From: a virus | Taxonomy: Duplodnaviria; Caudoviricetes | DNA length: 48,991 nt | Direction: 5' to 3' (one strand) | Virus record (IMG/VR): IMGVR_UViG_3300005512_000053 | Location: 1 to 48,991 of that record | Part shown: in pieces, positions 16,501-24,155 of the stretch | Position numbering within the stretch: the first letter of the stretch is position 1 | Layout of the letters: each line of letters opens with the position of its first letter | Made by a program: the position numbers and the translations under genes | The notes under the pieces: generated by a model | What the model saw: the letters and a program-made list of their open reading frames with translations, nothing else | What the model was told of the DNA's origin: nothing | Database searches by the model: none

Positions 16501-18982
16501 ATTATTAAATCCAAACCTAATCCGCACAGATAACAAAAGAACATTTATTTCTAATGTAAATCCGTTTGAAAATATTTTAGAAAGTTTTGGTCGTGTTAGC
16601 CCTGCAAAAATGGATCTCGAAGACCAGTTAAGATTTTTAATTGATGCTCCAAACATGGCGTCAAATGCCACCGAGGCAGCGGCTCTAAGGGGTATGCTTT
16701 TGCCACAGCTTGGACCATCCCCAAGGTTCTTAGTTTCTAGTTCTGGCCCCGACGCCGCGTTTGTTACAGCAAGCGGAATGACCCAACGATTCCCAAACCT
16801 AGTCAATCCAAGACTTCAAAACAATGAACTAGCGGCAGCTATGGGTATAGATACAAACATGAGCCCACTTTCTGCATATTTGCACAAGAAGCAGCTAGAG
16901 AGGGCAGACATGTTCACTCTGGGTCACGAAAACTCTCACATTGTTCAAAAACTTTATGAAAAGCTGGGAATAAAAACACCGGCTAACCTTCCTAGCGGAA
17001 CCCAGTCTTCAAATTTCAATGCGCTTCACGAGGGCGGAGCCAGAGTAACCGACTCTATGTATAAAAATGTTTTTGCTGCAAATCCCAATTTATTAAGAAG
17101 ATTCTTTTCAGAAGACCCCTCCGCACCCGGACAGGTATATCCATACACGCGGAGTATAACCATCGAAGACACCCTAAGATTTTTGGGAATTGATGAGTTT
17201 GGTGGAGTCCACAGCTCTAAAGGTTCCGCTCGGGATTATGGCAATTTCATTAAAGATTATCTTTCCGGGAGTAGGAAGTTTCAGTACTCTTCTGATTGGC
17301 TTGAAACCTATGCTACAGCTCTTGAAAATAGCGGTATACATACCGCCAGTCAGATACAGCAGTATAAGGCTCTTGCGGCATCTCTTTCCGATGTCTGGTT
17401 TGATATGGCAGGTACAAACGCAATAGCACGCACTAGAAGATTTTTACAAATGATTGACAGCAACCTACCCTCTTCTACTATTCGAGATAATCCCGATTAC
17501 ATAGCAAACCTTGCAGTATTTAAAAAAGTTTTGCAAAAACAATCCGTGTTTGGTCGAATAAGAGATGCTTTTGGTCTGGGGGATCCAAGGGTGTCCCCGG
17601 CTGCACTTATGGGCAGTCCTTCACGACCTCCCACCCCAACGCAATCCTCTGAATTCATACAGGGCTCTAGTCTAAAAAGGCTTAAGGACCCACCGAAAGA
17701 TGTTGAGTATGAGCCGGGCGCTCAGATGATGGTTTCAAGCTTTGCAACAGATGCTTCAGGTAATAAATTCTTTGTTAAGGGACACCTACACGAAAGCTGG
17801 GAAACCGGAGAGCCAGACACAGTTAATAGCTCTTTTATCAATGAATTTTTAGCGGGTAGAATAGGAAACTATATCGGTGCAGACACACCACAGTCATACG
17901 TAATTAAAAGATCCGCTGGAGAGGCTGCTGTTGCAACCGGAATAAAAAGCAATATAGATGAACCGTTTGAAATAGCAACAAGAGTTGTTCCATCATCTCA
18001 TAGCCTAGACCCCGAATATATGAAAGCCCTTGTGCTTACTTCAGACAACCCGTACAAAACAATAGAAGAGCTTTTTGATGGTTTTGTGGATTACAGCAGA
18101 ACAACTCCAGCCTTAAACGCTATAATGGGAAACAGTGACCTACACTACAACAATATTCTTTGGAGTAATGCAACAAAGAAATTTAACCAAATTGACTTTA
18201 ACGAGGCCAAGCCGATTGGCCTGAAGATGGCTCCAGGCATTCCAACAACCCACCCCCAAGTTCGAAACGCGCTTGTTATTGCAAAAAGTTCTATGGCACT
18301 TGTTCGTGAGTCCCTAAACGACGCTGTTGGGGCGGCACTGGAAAATCAACTTTTGAGTCAATCACAGCAATTAGCGATAATAAGTAAAATGAACGCTTCT
18401 GGGGTTAAGCTGACCGCAAACAAAAATGCTACAGACCCACTTTCTGACACCGTTCTAGATATGACAACTACACAAGACTACACAAAATTGTTTGAAAAGA
18501 TTGCTAGTTCTGATGGAGAAAACTATATTGCGCAAGCCCTTGAAGGAGAATGGCGGGGTATCAAGGGCGGCACCAGAGTTGTTGATCCTTGGGTATTAAA
18601 AGACATACAAGAAAGAGCCGAAGTACTTTCGGAGTTTGGAAAAGTTTCTCTTGATGTTGGAGACTACGGAATGATGGCGCAAAGAATGGCGGTCAGAGGT
18701 AAAGGGTTTATGGCTGGGGGATTTGTAAAATCAAGAAATACAGACAACATACCCGCAATGCTTTCTGCTGGAGAGTATGTTGTAAAACGCTCAGCGGTAC
18801 AAAACTTTGGGGCCGGTAATCTAGAGAAGATTAACAATGGAACATACAACGACGGTTCGGTGTATAATTATAACTTGGCAGTAAATGTTAAGTCTGACGC
18901 AGACCCCAACAAGATTGCAAGAACTGTTATAACAAACATCAAGGGTATTGAAAACCAGAGAGTTCGAGGGAATAAGCTTTAA
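7547..18982 (+). CDS. Giant tape measure protein with inserted enzyme-like domains (kinase-like, metallopeptidase-like)
   Basis: 3811 aa after the chaperones; TP901-type TMP core at about aa 200-500; Ala/Gly-rich helical and hydrophobic segments; HENSH at aa 3127 with E3162; kinase motifs K3411, E3433, D3531-LHYNN, D3550. Confidence 0.9.
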   Translation: MADIQANIGINLDTSRALAQLKNLQRQISVFNAEIARGGGKAAAAAAGMQQELVNSINATGQFSASMTTVRSTTDSFTNALEKNKLSLGQTFRYAGAASKKFSHLFTGEFNTIEKVARERVKTIQTQYIKMGRDANGAIRSIAVRPLSLDMNNLATQTAMAAQKQQILNQLLRQGSTNLLNWGKNTQWAGRQLMVGFTLPLALFGAAASKSFMELEEQAIRFKRVYGDLFTTPQQADQAFADMQRLGQEFTKYGVAVEKTIGLAASVAQMGKTGAELTAQVTEATRLAVLGGMEQEDALNTTISLTNAFGIAAEDLTGKINFLNAAENQTILSIQDFNEAVPRAGSVVAQLGGDVEDLAFFLTAMREGGIEASQGANALKTSLGRLVNPTRRAREELAAYGIDVVGIVERNAGNLRQTVLDLGMALDQLDPLEKSRAIERLFGKFQFARMSALFNNIMDEGSQAAAVLDLINTSAGDLATIAGRELGRVEESAATKFRSAVEQFQAALAPIGESFLKLVTPIIEFGTKVLNAFNNLNDGTKAFVVGLVATVGAVGPVLLMSIGLLANGIANIMKMFLGLQTVFQKIRGGTKGVADQTEYMTQQQLESAAAAASLNQSHSTLKQTFTSELSAVNNLVAAYQRMTTAQRNSLGVPQVVSSTASVPGFAKGRKVPGYKDGVVMVPGQKGAGDVQPAMLAPGEAVIPAAMAEKYGPLINAMIAGNIPGYMAGKTKSGPRKASIGVGENSYELGTSSGTAEKIAIFAQMVVDNVENGGDIVAEAFARMADDTGVSVSNFVREMEVVSADLYGNSPETVRKTIGKDVEYKANAAGVKNLPQQLASSRGQSGIEEYERTIAARDESLRALEGHYKKAGKTEEEIQKLLASRSQIVRAHIVEVDNIEKMFREGWDPDLWVAQTESENQLSNTLENSPKTRKEYTRHLEALVTDEKIRAEIIGKITNNIALTEEELEIQAQVLKNMLADAETMRQTASGKFINVSDNFESQAVGTVGAAKGRKKAGPASPGVGTRTTVEVSEAQNRLKQARTRNVSGEIMSVAEMEAKNVSKVAREGIRLMIKSLSQAIKEELSKGFQSSSPSKVTRNEMKNAVDGAVQAVREGQDDMQQAGSQLAEATEQGFNNFGASGTSSRTRGAPSRVRTAGDTTTPGQPLAFAISGGKEIQAAQKQLAVSTRMSSQNISNLAVSAINGANKIGSIGIAVSSLAGGLTMVEGPLGEFASKLFPITSIITGLSFAMNFLSAETVKHNIANAASRIAQERNTTATIINTRATQRETVAKTVNAGATSVVTGTVKKVGMGFRNIGTRIVGFARAVGSAALGLLGITAPVALVVAGLALLAGGTYLLYKVVKDQEAKINGLGDAANMSADRLNNLNEALGIQGSGARAASIESAQSSLATAGTFEEQKEIVNTKAQFLELRETNKEFKAEWKGTVDALKSGSDEIAKSTLEMLAVQLQTEGYTEEQIAGVVMALQELSGKTDVEIDFASIDINTQTGAIDAAAEEFVSSVEDSVGRYNAYSTINFDQAALDNFGATLASSIINLNAQFDAGLITLDQYESQLEFIRLKIEQIANDGPNGLAGAKAAVEAMVEDLKELGFEGIEEDTSGLIEIGTAESLGAATTVAQATAAGVPVDPEDIKRMETGFADGASERSLINAQRLKKGYDDLTESIKDSTRANQEQEKINEQIEDLPGDIAAQTDALNDQIDTFSEVYDEVENNVNIKNKLAVAEKIAGDEITRLAYDEAQRLGTAREFLQSIDDQIEAEKQLKAAIDLQALKDQVAQQRQQNAVTEGLGTALKDTALAQEIMNNAQYSGILMAALAEAGYDAATGSAESLAAAMANEDVQDTIAFLKDTFAVLGTAPKSSGGGGTPKSFLDDIVKGLRDVASGQTTVTEGFKSSLRALVAFSKAGVKGLNGLSSQLRKAGVTGTFAEKILGMDPKDWERQKRELFNFNAAGNITGLTAAGEAVQEALGVIEIGKFIDEQQSLTVSVGEQIEALNRLTGAGASYEAAYAAVQNAAFASAVATAKSTELITAAAQEAMTAMAKMKELEEINEEEERRKRISEAIREQNKEFSNQAKILDHINKSNYSEAQINEILNNKDLQSLVLEPSIDPGALSTALANAQKQADLELRIKKLTVEGQEDIFQEGVSNAMSAFGALEEEIDIEFRAKIKDDGSLVQDAERQIALIDFELDDYQAGLDEIDRLEQDINDVYDKRIEALDEVATLNEDIARSQESQLEIADALSKGDIAAAARAAQQSRQVQQESAREAQQRMLEEQRASEIARLRSSGGMTREDLQDRIRDLEEQIFNIEEKTLEPAQERIRLAEITRDDRVADLQVLGKTREEWDKISNSVDVAQANGWRFADAMQEALNIVEKLVDNLTNRPAPPPPPPPAAPAPAPQRSSGDGGSSSKSAPASQPPDRKPLPASKPSAAASIITAQAVKNLNSAQTSVRNAAAATLASPPKSVSQMTAAQRKAIGLPYAYGGMVGRARSGPPQQYFGGGKVNGPGTEKSDSIPAMLSNGEYVIRASSVRLLGKDFLDKLNGGKVVPDEKNGLPAFRRGGFVNTGTLAGILKASQPKPPPKKYTPPVSIRQAERAASKPAPRPKPSLPPSRAVATPAPATRRPSSASASRTSQPVAPQPTINKLLNTKSTAAATSGILADVTGGRTGSPDRIEARIEAVKPFITEDIGKSIEEYVHSTIPRGWWDGRMDVPQPGSPYFNQEEYLKNLPLNQPYSYSTPGTQAVMQADQRNTAQRLMDKAPALRDLLTGIGEFFLPITASQVGQEGPSSVAPIRRGATDNSLVDDLLGMPFAGDIALYAVGSAAAAGVGKLLTGLIGAAGRTSSRVGPTGDILSEINLDGSQASREVIRQQQEAVAAETSRILGETLNTGISTGQISGPTQIGIVRQYIDDLVRSDRLSTGPEITVNKEILDNIPHVRDLSPMDLFVVAARHQDLPVGPITGKADLGELLNPNLIRTDNKRTFISNVNPFENILESFGRVSPAKMDLEDQLRFLIDAPNMASNATEAAALRGMLLPQLGPSPRFLVSSSGPDAAFVTASGMTQRFPNLVNPRLQNNELAAAMGIDTNMSPLSAYLHKKQLERADMFTLGHENSHIVQKLYEKLGIKTPANLPSGTQSSNFNALHEGGARVTDSMYKNVFAANPNLLRRFFSEDPSAPGQVYPYTRSITIEDTLRFLGIDEFGGVHSSKGSARDYGNFIKDYLSGSRKFQYSSDWLETYATALENSGIHTASQIQQYKALAASLSDVWFDMAGTNAIARTRRFLQMIDSNLPSSTIRDNPDYIANLAVFKKVLQKQSVFGRIRDAFGLGDPRVSPAALMGSPSRPPTPTQSSEFIQGSSLKRLKDPPKDVEYEPGAQMMVSSFATDASGNKFFVKGHLHESWETGEPDTVNSSFINEFLAGRIGNYIGADTPQSYVIKRSAGEAAVATGIKSNIDEPFEIATRVVPSSHSLDPEYMKALVLTSDNPYKTIEELFDGFVDYSRTTPALNAIMGNSDLHYNNILWSNATKKFNQIDFNEAKPIGLKMAPGIPTTHPQVRNALVIAKSSMALVRESLNDAVGAALENQLLSQSQQLAIISKMNASGVKLTANKNATDPLSDTVLDMTTTQDYTKLFEKIASSDGENYIAQALEGEWRGIKGGTRVVDPWVLKDIQERAEVLSEFGKVSLDVGDYGMMAQRMAVRGKGFMAGGFVKSRNTDNIPAMLSAGEYVVKRSAVQNFGAGNLEKINNGTYNDGSVYNYNLAVNVKSDADPNKIARTVITNIKGIENQRVRGNKL
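14744..14791 (+). repeat. Poly-proline low-complexity linker in the TMP
   Basis: PAPPPPPPPAAPAPAP encoded by CCA/CCC runs. Confidence 0.7.
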
Positions 18983-19575
18983 TGGCTACCGCAACATATT
19001 TAGCAGGTCGTAAAAAGTATGGTCGTCCACAGGCTATGCTTTTTTCAGATAACCCAGGAACTTTAGATGGAGGCTTCTACGTACCGCAGGGGACAGAGTT
19101 TGAAGATTTCATTATCCTTTCCGACCACAATAGAGAAAAGATTGATTTTAGACCTAACAGAATTGAGAACAAAGTAAGAACTATCAATGGTCGTATGCGT
19201 TCTTACCACATTGCTGACAAACTAAGCATTTCTACTAGTTGGAAAGCTTTGCCATCAAGAGCTTCATCCGCAGAACCAGTTATTGATCAGGAGTCTGGTC
19301 AAATATTTATTGGCCCCAACGATTTGGCCTATACCGCTGATAACGGGGCGGGAGGTGTAGACCTATTAAACTGGTATGAAAATCATCAGGGCTCTTTCTG
19401 GGTATTTTTAGCATATGACAAGTTGACAAACTTTTCTTCCGATCGTTATAATAAGATGGGGCAGTATAACGAAATCATAGAGGTTTTCTTCGAAGACTTT
19501 CAATATGACGTTGTAAATAGAGGTCGTGGCACACACGACTTTTGGGATATATCTTTAAGTTTGGAAGAGGTCTAA
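18982..19575 (+). CDS. Putative distal tail (Dit-like) protein
   Basis: 197 aa, TAATG-coupled to the TMP; assignment from synteny. Confidence 0.55.
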   Translation: MATATYLAGRKKYGRPQAMLFSDNPGTLDGGFYVPQGTEFEDFIILSDHNREKIDFRPNRIENKVRTINGRMRSYHIADKLSISTSWKALPSRASSAEPVIDQESGQIFIGPNDLAYTADNGAGGVDLLNWYENHQGSFWVFLAYDKLTNFSSDRYNKMGQYNEIIEVFFEDFQYDVVNRGRGTHDFWDISLSLEEV

Positions 19576-22500
19576 TGTTTACCAATCCAGAGCTTGAAGA
19601 ACATCTTCAGACATCTTCTACCATTAGATTACAGTCAGCAGTAATTGCCGAATGGAATATGAATGTTGCAGAAAATATTGCTCAGGTGGGGAACTATCGA
19701 TACAGGCCAAACGATACCGAGGACACAAGGTACAACGATATAGCCCAATCCTTCAGTTTCGATGACACAGAATCTTTGTTCTATACCGGCGCTACTGATG
19801 CTGACGTAGTTATTGATGGCGGGTTTGAAGATGACGAAACACCTGTAGCTTTTGTATCAAATAAACAAAAAGAAAAAATGCTTTATTCTTTGGAGGATTG
19901 CTTTGGTAGGTTCAGGCCTCGGTCGGGCATAAATAAGCTGAGATACTTCGATAACAAGTATTCTCATCACGACACCTTAAATCTTGCTCGCAGACCAAGA
20001 TACTACATGTCAGACAAGAATGATTCTTTTAAATATTGGACATCTTATAGAACAGAAGAGGGTATCGAACGCGGTATCGCAAATCAGATCATAAACAATA
20101 AATATTACATTGAAGATGCCGCACCATATGTTGTTTACGAAAACTCTGTGCCAGCAAACAGAATTGTTGTTAAGATGCAAACAAATGTTGGTGATATAAA
20201 TCTTGGACCCTTTACTAATTCTACAGGTACCTACGACGACCCTCTTTTCGGAGACACGAACAAGACAACTCCCGTTGTTTGGAAAATTCAATATCTTAAA
20301 GACGATAACTGGATTGATGCCGCCAGCTTTGACAAAAACTCTGTGCGTCGTAACGGAAACCCCATTATTGGGTCAGACGGCTATGTAGAGCTATACTATG
20401 GTCTTTTGGTTCCAGACGAATACTATAATGTTTTTAGGTTTGAAAAAACACTTTCTTCTGCATCTCTTTTGCCAGACGCTTCAGATTTTTCAAACGGCAC
20501 AGCATTCTTAGTTAGAACCTCAGAAAGCGATAGCGGAACCATCCACATTGTGGATGACTCGGAATATGTTTCTTTTCCGGCTAGTTATGGCTGGAGCATT
20601 CTTGACGACGTGACAAGATCCGTTAGCTTTGTTACAGACCTCACTTCGCCCCCAAGCTTTGACAACATAAACTCTTTGGGTATTGTTTACAGAGAGTTTG
20701 AATACATAAAGGGCTTAAGGGTGGTTGTAGAAACAATGAATGTTTTTGACTCTACTTTTGATTTAATTGAGCTTTCTCCCAGACTATCTGTAGATCTGTC
20801 AGACAAGGTAACAGCATTTTCTATTAAAAAGTCAGCATCTGACCTTGGAGTAAGCGGTTTGCCGGTGGGACAGCTTCTTGCTTCTACGGGAAGTCTGAAC
20901 CTGTTTGATTATGACCAGGCATTTTTCAAGGAAAACACCAACAGCATTATTAAAGACTATACTTCGCAAAATATACAGATAAAGCTATACGAAATTGTTG
21001 TAGATGTTAATGGTCTAGATTTTTTTGTTCCAATTAAAACAATGTACTCCGAGGGCTTCCCCAGCATAAAAAACACAGATAGGTCCGTATCTCTTAGCCT
21101 AAGAGATCTATTCTTTTATTTTGAGTCCACGATTTCTCCACAAATACTTATTCAGGAAGCGTCGCTTTCTTATGCAGTTTCATTATTGCTAGACTCTGTG
21201 GGATTTTCTAACTACACCTTTTTAAGAAACGAAGGGGAATCAGAAGACGTAATCCCATATTTCTACATAGAACCAGACAAGTCAATAGCTGAAATATTAA
21301 ATGATATTGCAAGATCAACCCAGTCGGCAATGTTCTTTGACGAGTATAATAATTTTGTTGTAATGAGTAAGGGGTATATGATGCCCACATTAGAAGAACG
21401 TGAAACAGACATTGTTTTGTACGGCACCAAAGACTTCTCTGACACCGGAGTTCTAAAAAACTCTAATGATTCAAGCAGGCTAACAAATATTGTTAGTGTT
21501 TCTTCTCAAGATAACGAAGTATTTAATGATGGCACCATTACTTATTCCACAAGATATATTCAAAGATCTTTTAGCTCTATCAGGCAGGCTTCTCTGCTAG
21601 AAAGAGATAAAACCTGGATATACAAACCAGCGCTTTTGTGGGAAGTCGCACCAACCGAAAATGTAAGATCGGTGAATGATGAGGTTGGAGATCAGTCTGC
21701 ATATGTTCTTAGTGCTATACCACTAAACTCGGACCTTTCTGCAGACCTGCCAGAGGTTGTTAATTATAAAATAAACAACAACATTATGGATTTTGGCGAG
21801 GGTATTTATTGGCTCACAAGATACAACGGATACTTCTATGCTAATGGAGAAATAATTAAGTACGATGCCGTTCAGTATAATATCCCAGGCCTTTCTTCAG
21901 TCGAGCAGGACGTTGACAACGGAGATAACGTCTGGATTAGTAGCGTAAAAGAATACCAAAGATATTTCTCCAAGGTTCCTTTTAATGGAAAGATATATCC
22001 CACAGGTCTGGTGAGAATCTACTCTGAGCCAAACTACGAAGCGGCAGATGGCACTGTTAGATTATCAAATGGCCCGGTGGCAAAGCATGGAAGGGGGCAG
22101 TTTGGAACAGGTATCGTAGAGCATAGTGCCGGACTAAGTTCCTACTGGACAGACGATAACAATATTCGTGTAATTGTTACAAGTTCGGAATATATTTTTG
22201 GACCCTCAGAAAGATCCAAGACGGTAACTGGAGTGACCTTGGCATCCAACGATCCCGTTGCTGTCTTTGAAGTTGCAGACGTTTCTGTTGCAAATGTAGG
22301 AGAGTATGTAGAAAAATATTTTGAATACGAAAGCCTTGTTGCTTCAGAAAATGAAAATTATATTCAGCCAGACACCAGAATAGTTTCAATTGATTCAGAT
22401 ACCCAAACAATCACAACCGACAAGCCAGTTCTTTCTGTTTCAGAGTCAAACCCGATAGACTCTATTAAGCTTGTAATACGAGTTCCAGATACTGTAGTGG

Positions 22501-24155
22501 GTGCTGCCGGGCTTTCAAATGAGGAGGCCAAAGAAACAACAAGGTCTGGACTAATTAAAAACTTTTTTGCAAACCCCTACGTTGAAGAAAGAGAAAGCAT
22601 TCCAGACTATCCGGCTACCATCCAATCTTCGGCACTCGTTATGACCGGAGATACGTCTCAAAAATCTATCGACTTTATGTCCTATGTGTATAAACCATTA
22701 GAAAACAAGTTTAGACATTTTGGCACAAGGGTTAGAATTGTGGGAAGGATAGAAGACGGAGGTGCAAGATCTCAATCTGCAAATGGCTCTACAACTTATT
22801 TTACAACCACAAACACCAGAACCGACCAAGAAGTGACCATATCTGGTGGATCTGGCGGTCTCGGCATACTTTTAAATCCAGAAACAAATAATGGCTACTT
22901 CTTTGAAATTACAGCCCTTACTGCCTCCAACGTCTCAGAGTATGGAGACGACACCGTTTCAAACGTTGCGTTTTATAAAATAAAAAGAAATAGCTCTGCT
23001 ACCAGCGACTCCGAGAAGGCCGTACCGATCAAGTTGTGGAACGGCATTGCAAATATTATTGTAGATGATGGAAGGTTCACCGGGCAGTCTAGAATGATAG
23101 ACGAAATATCCCCCACCGTGTATGACCTAGCCGTAGAATATGAAGAAGTTGGCAACGCAAAAAGATTTTATCTTTATATAAACAACGTAATTGTTGGAAT
23201 TGTTGACGACACAGAGCCATTGCCCACATACAACAACATGGCATTGTTCGTAAGAGGTGGGGCACAGCTAATGTTTGAAAATGTTTATGCCTTAACAGAA
23301 AACTATAGCCAAAACACGAGCTTTAGCTTGGAAGCCCCAGTTAGGTCTGCATTTGGAAATGAAGAAATTAACGCAAATAAGTCTTTTCAAAAATATGCCT
23401 TGAGCGGATTAATTCAATCAACCTATCTTTCAGGCATTGGTGCCAACGAGCCACCAAGGTATAATATATATTTTGAAGAGTTCGGCACAATAATGAGAGA
23501 GGCTGCCTATTTTGACGTAAGATACGATAAGGCATACCCAGCACTATCAGCCAAAGTTTCACCAACTTTTAACAGACTAAAGGGATACACCGTCTCGGGT
23601 TTTAGGGCGGGTTCTTATGGGGCAGAGTTTTTAGTTTTTAACAACACAGACACCGCCCTTTCCTTAGACTCATCTAGCGGAAACTATCTTAGAATTCAGG
23701 GGGTCACCTTTACCCAGCAATCAGACAACGAGCTTAGTGTTGACGAGTACTTTGACAAAATAGGCAATCTTTCCGATCCAGAGCTTTCTGGAGAATTTGT
23801 TGTTAGATCTCCAGAGGTAGCAAAAGAAAAGTACAGAGATATCAAGCTAAGCAGATTAACTCAAGGCAAAAACTCTTTTAGCATCAATGCTAAATATATA
23901 CAGAGCCAGGACACGGCAGAAAGCCTGATGAATTGGTTATCTGAAAAAATAATGCAGCCAAGAAAGTCTGTTGGAGTAGAAGTGTTTGGCCTGCCCATCT
24001 TGCAGCTAGGAGATATTGTTGAAATTGAATACACCAACGAAAACAATGTTCAAGAAATATCTCCAGAAAGCTCTAGGTTTGTTGTTTACTACATGGACTA
24101 TGACAGAAAAGAAGATGGTCCCAAGATGAACGTATATTTGAGTGAGGTTATATAA
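19575..24155 (+). CDS. Large minor tail / baseplate hub-like protein (1526 aa)
   Basis: Start better placed at ATG 19575 (TAATG overlap, GAAGAGG upstream); beta-rich; C-terminal GLPILQLGDIVEI hub-type motif. Confidence 0.65.
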   Translation: MFTNPELEEHLQTSSTIRLQSAVIAEWNMNVAENIAQVGNYRYRPNDTEDTRYNDIAQSFSFDDTESLFYTGATDADVVIDGGFEDDETPVAFVSNKQKEKMLYSLEDCFGRFRPRSGINKLRYFDNKYSHHDTLNLARRPRYYMSDKNDSFKYWTSYRTEEGIERGIANQIINNKYYIEDAAPYVVYENSVPANRIVVKMQTNVGDINLGPFTNSTGTYDDPLFGDTNKTTPVVWKIQYLKDDNWIDAASFDKNSVRRNGNPIIGSDGYVELYYGLLVPDEYYNVFRFEKTLSSASLLPDASDFSNGTAFLVRTSESDSGTIHIVDDSEYVSFPASYGWSILDDVTRSVSFVTDLTSPPSFDNINSLGIVYREFEYIKGLRVVVETMNVFDSTFDLIELSPRLSVDLSDKVTAFSIKKSASDLGVSGLPVGQLLASTGSLNLFDYDQAFFKENTNSIIKDYTSQNIQIKLYEIVVDVNGLDFFVPIKTMYSEGFPSIKNTDRSVSLSLRDLFFYFESTISPQILIQEASLSYAVSLLLDSVGFSNYTFLRNEGESEDVIPYFYIEPDKSIAEILNDIARSTQSAMFFDEYNNFVVMSKGYMMPTLEERETDIVLYGTKDFSDTGVLKNSNDSSRLTNIVSVSSQDNEVFNDGTITYSTRYIQRSFSSIRQASLLERDKTWIYKPALLWEVAPTENVRSVNDEVGDQSAYVLSAIPLNSDLSADLPEVVNYKINNNIMDFGEGIYWLTRYNGYFYANGEIIKYDAVQYNIPGLSSVEQDVDNGDNVWISSVKEYQRYFSKVPFNGKIYPTGLVRIYSEPNYEAADGTVRLSNGPVAKHGRGQFGTGIVEHSAGLSSYWTDDNNIRVIVTSSEYIFGPSERSKTVTGVTLASNDPVAVFEVADVSVANVGEYVEKYFEYESLVASENENYIQPDTRIVSIDSDTQTITTDKPVLSVSESNPIDSIKLVIRVPDTVVGAAGLSNEEAKETTRSGLIKNFFANPYVEERESIPDYPATIQSSALVMTGDTSQKSIDFMSYVYKPLENKFRHFGTRVRIVGRIEDGGARSQSANGSTTYFTTTNTRTDQEVTISGGSGGLGILLNPETNNGYFFEITALTASNVSEYGDDTVSNVAFYKIKRNSSATSDSEKAVPIKLWNGIANIIVDDGRFTGQSRMIDEISPTVYDLAVEYEEVGNAKRFYLYINNVIVGIVDDTEPLPTYNNMALFVRGGAQLMFENVYALTENYSQNTSFSLEAPVRSAFGNEEINANKSFQKYALSGLIQSTYLSGIGANEPPRYNIYFEEFGTIMREAAYFDVRYDKAYPALSAKVSPTFNRLKGYTVSGFRAGSYGAEFLVFNNTDTALSLDSSSGNYLRIQGVTFTQQSDNELSVDEYFDKIGNLSDPELSGEFVVRSPEVAKEKYRDIKLSRLTQGKNSFSINAKYIQSQDTAESLMNWLSEKIMQPRKSVGVEVFGLPILQLGDIVEIEYTNENNVQEISPESSRFVVYYMDYDRKEDGPKMNVYLSEVI

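Noticed and set aside
19542-19574. ORF-track start of the large tail protein at 19542
   Set aside because: ATG 19575 has the TAATG coupling and an RBS; the extension overlaps the upstream gene.
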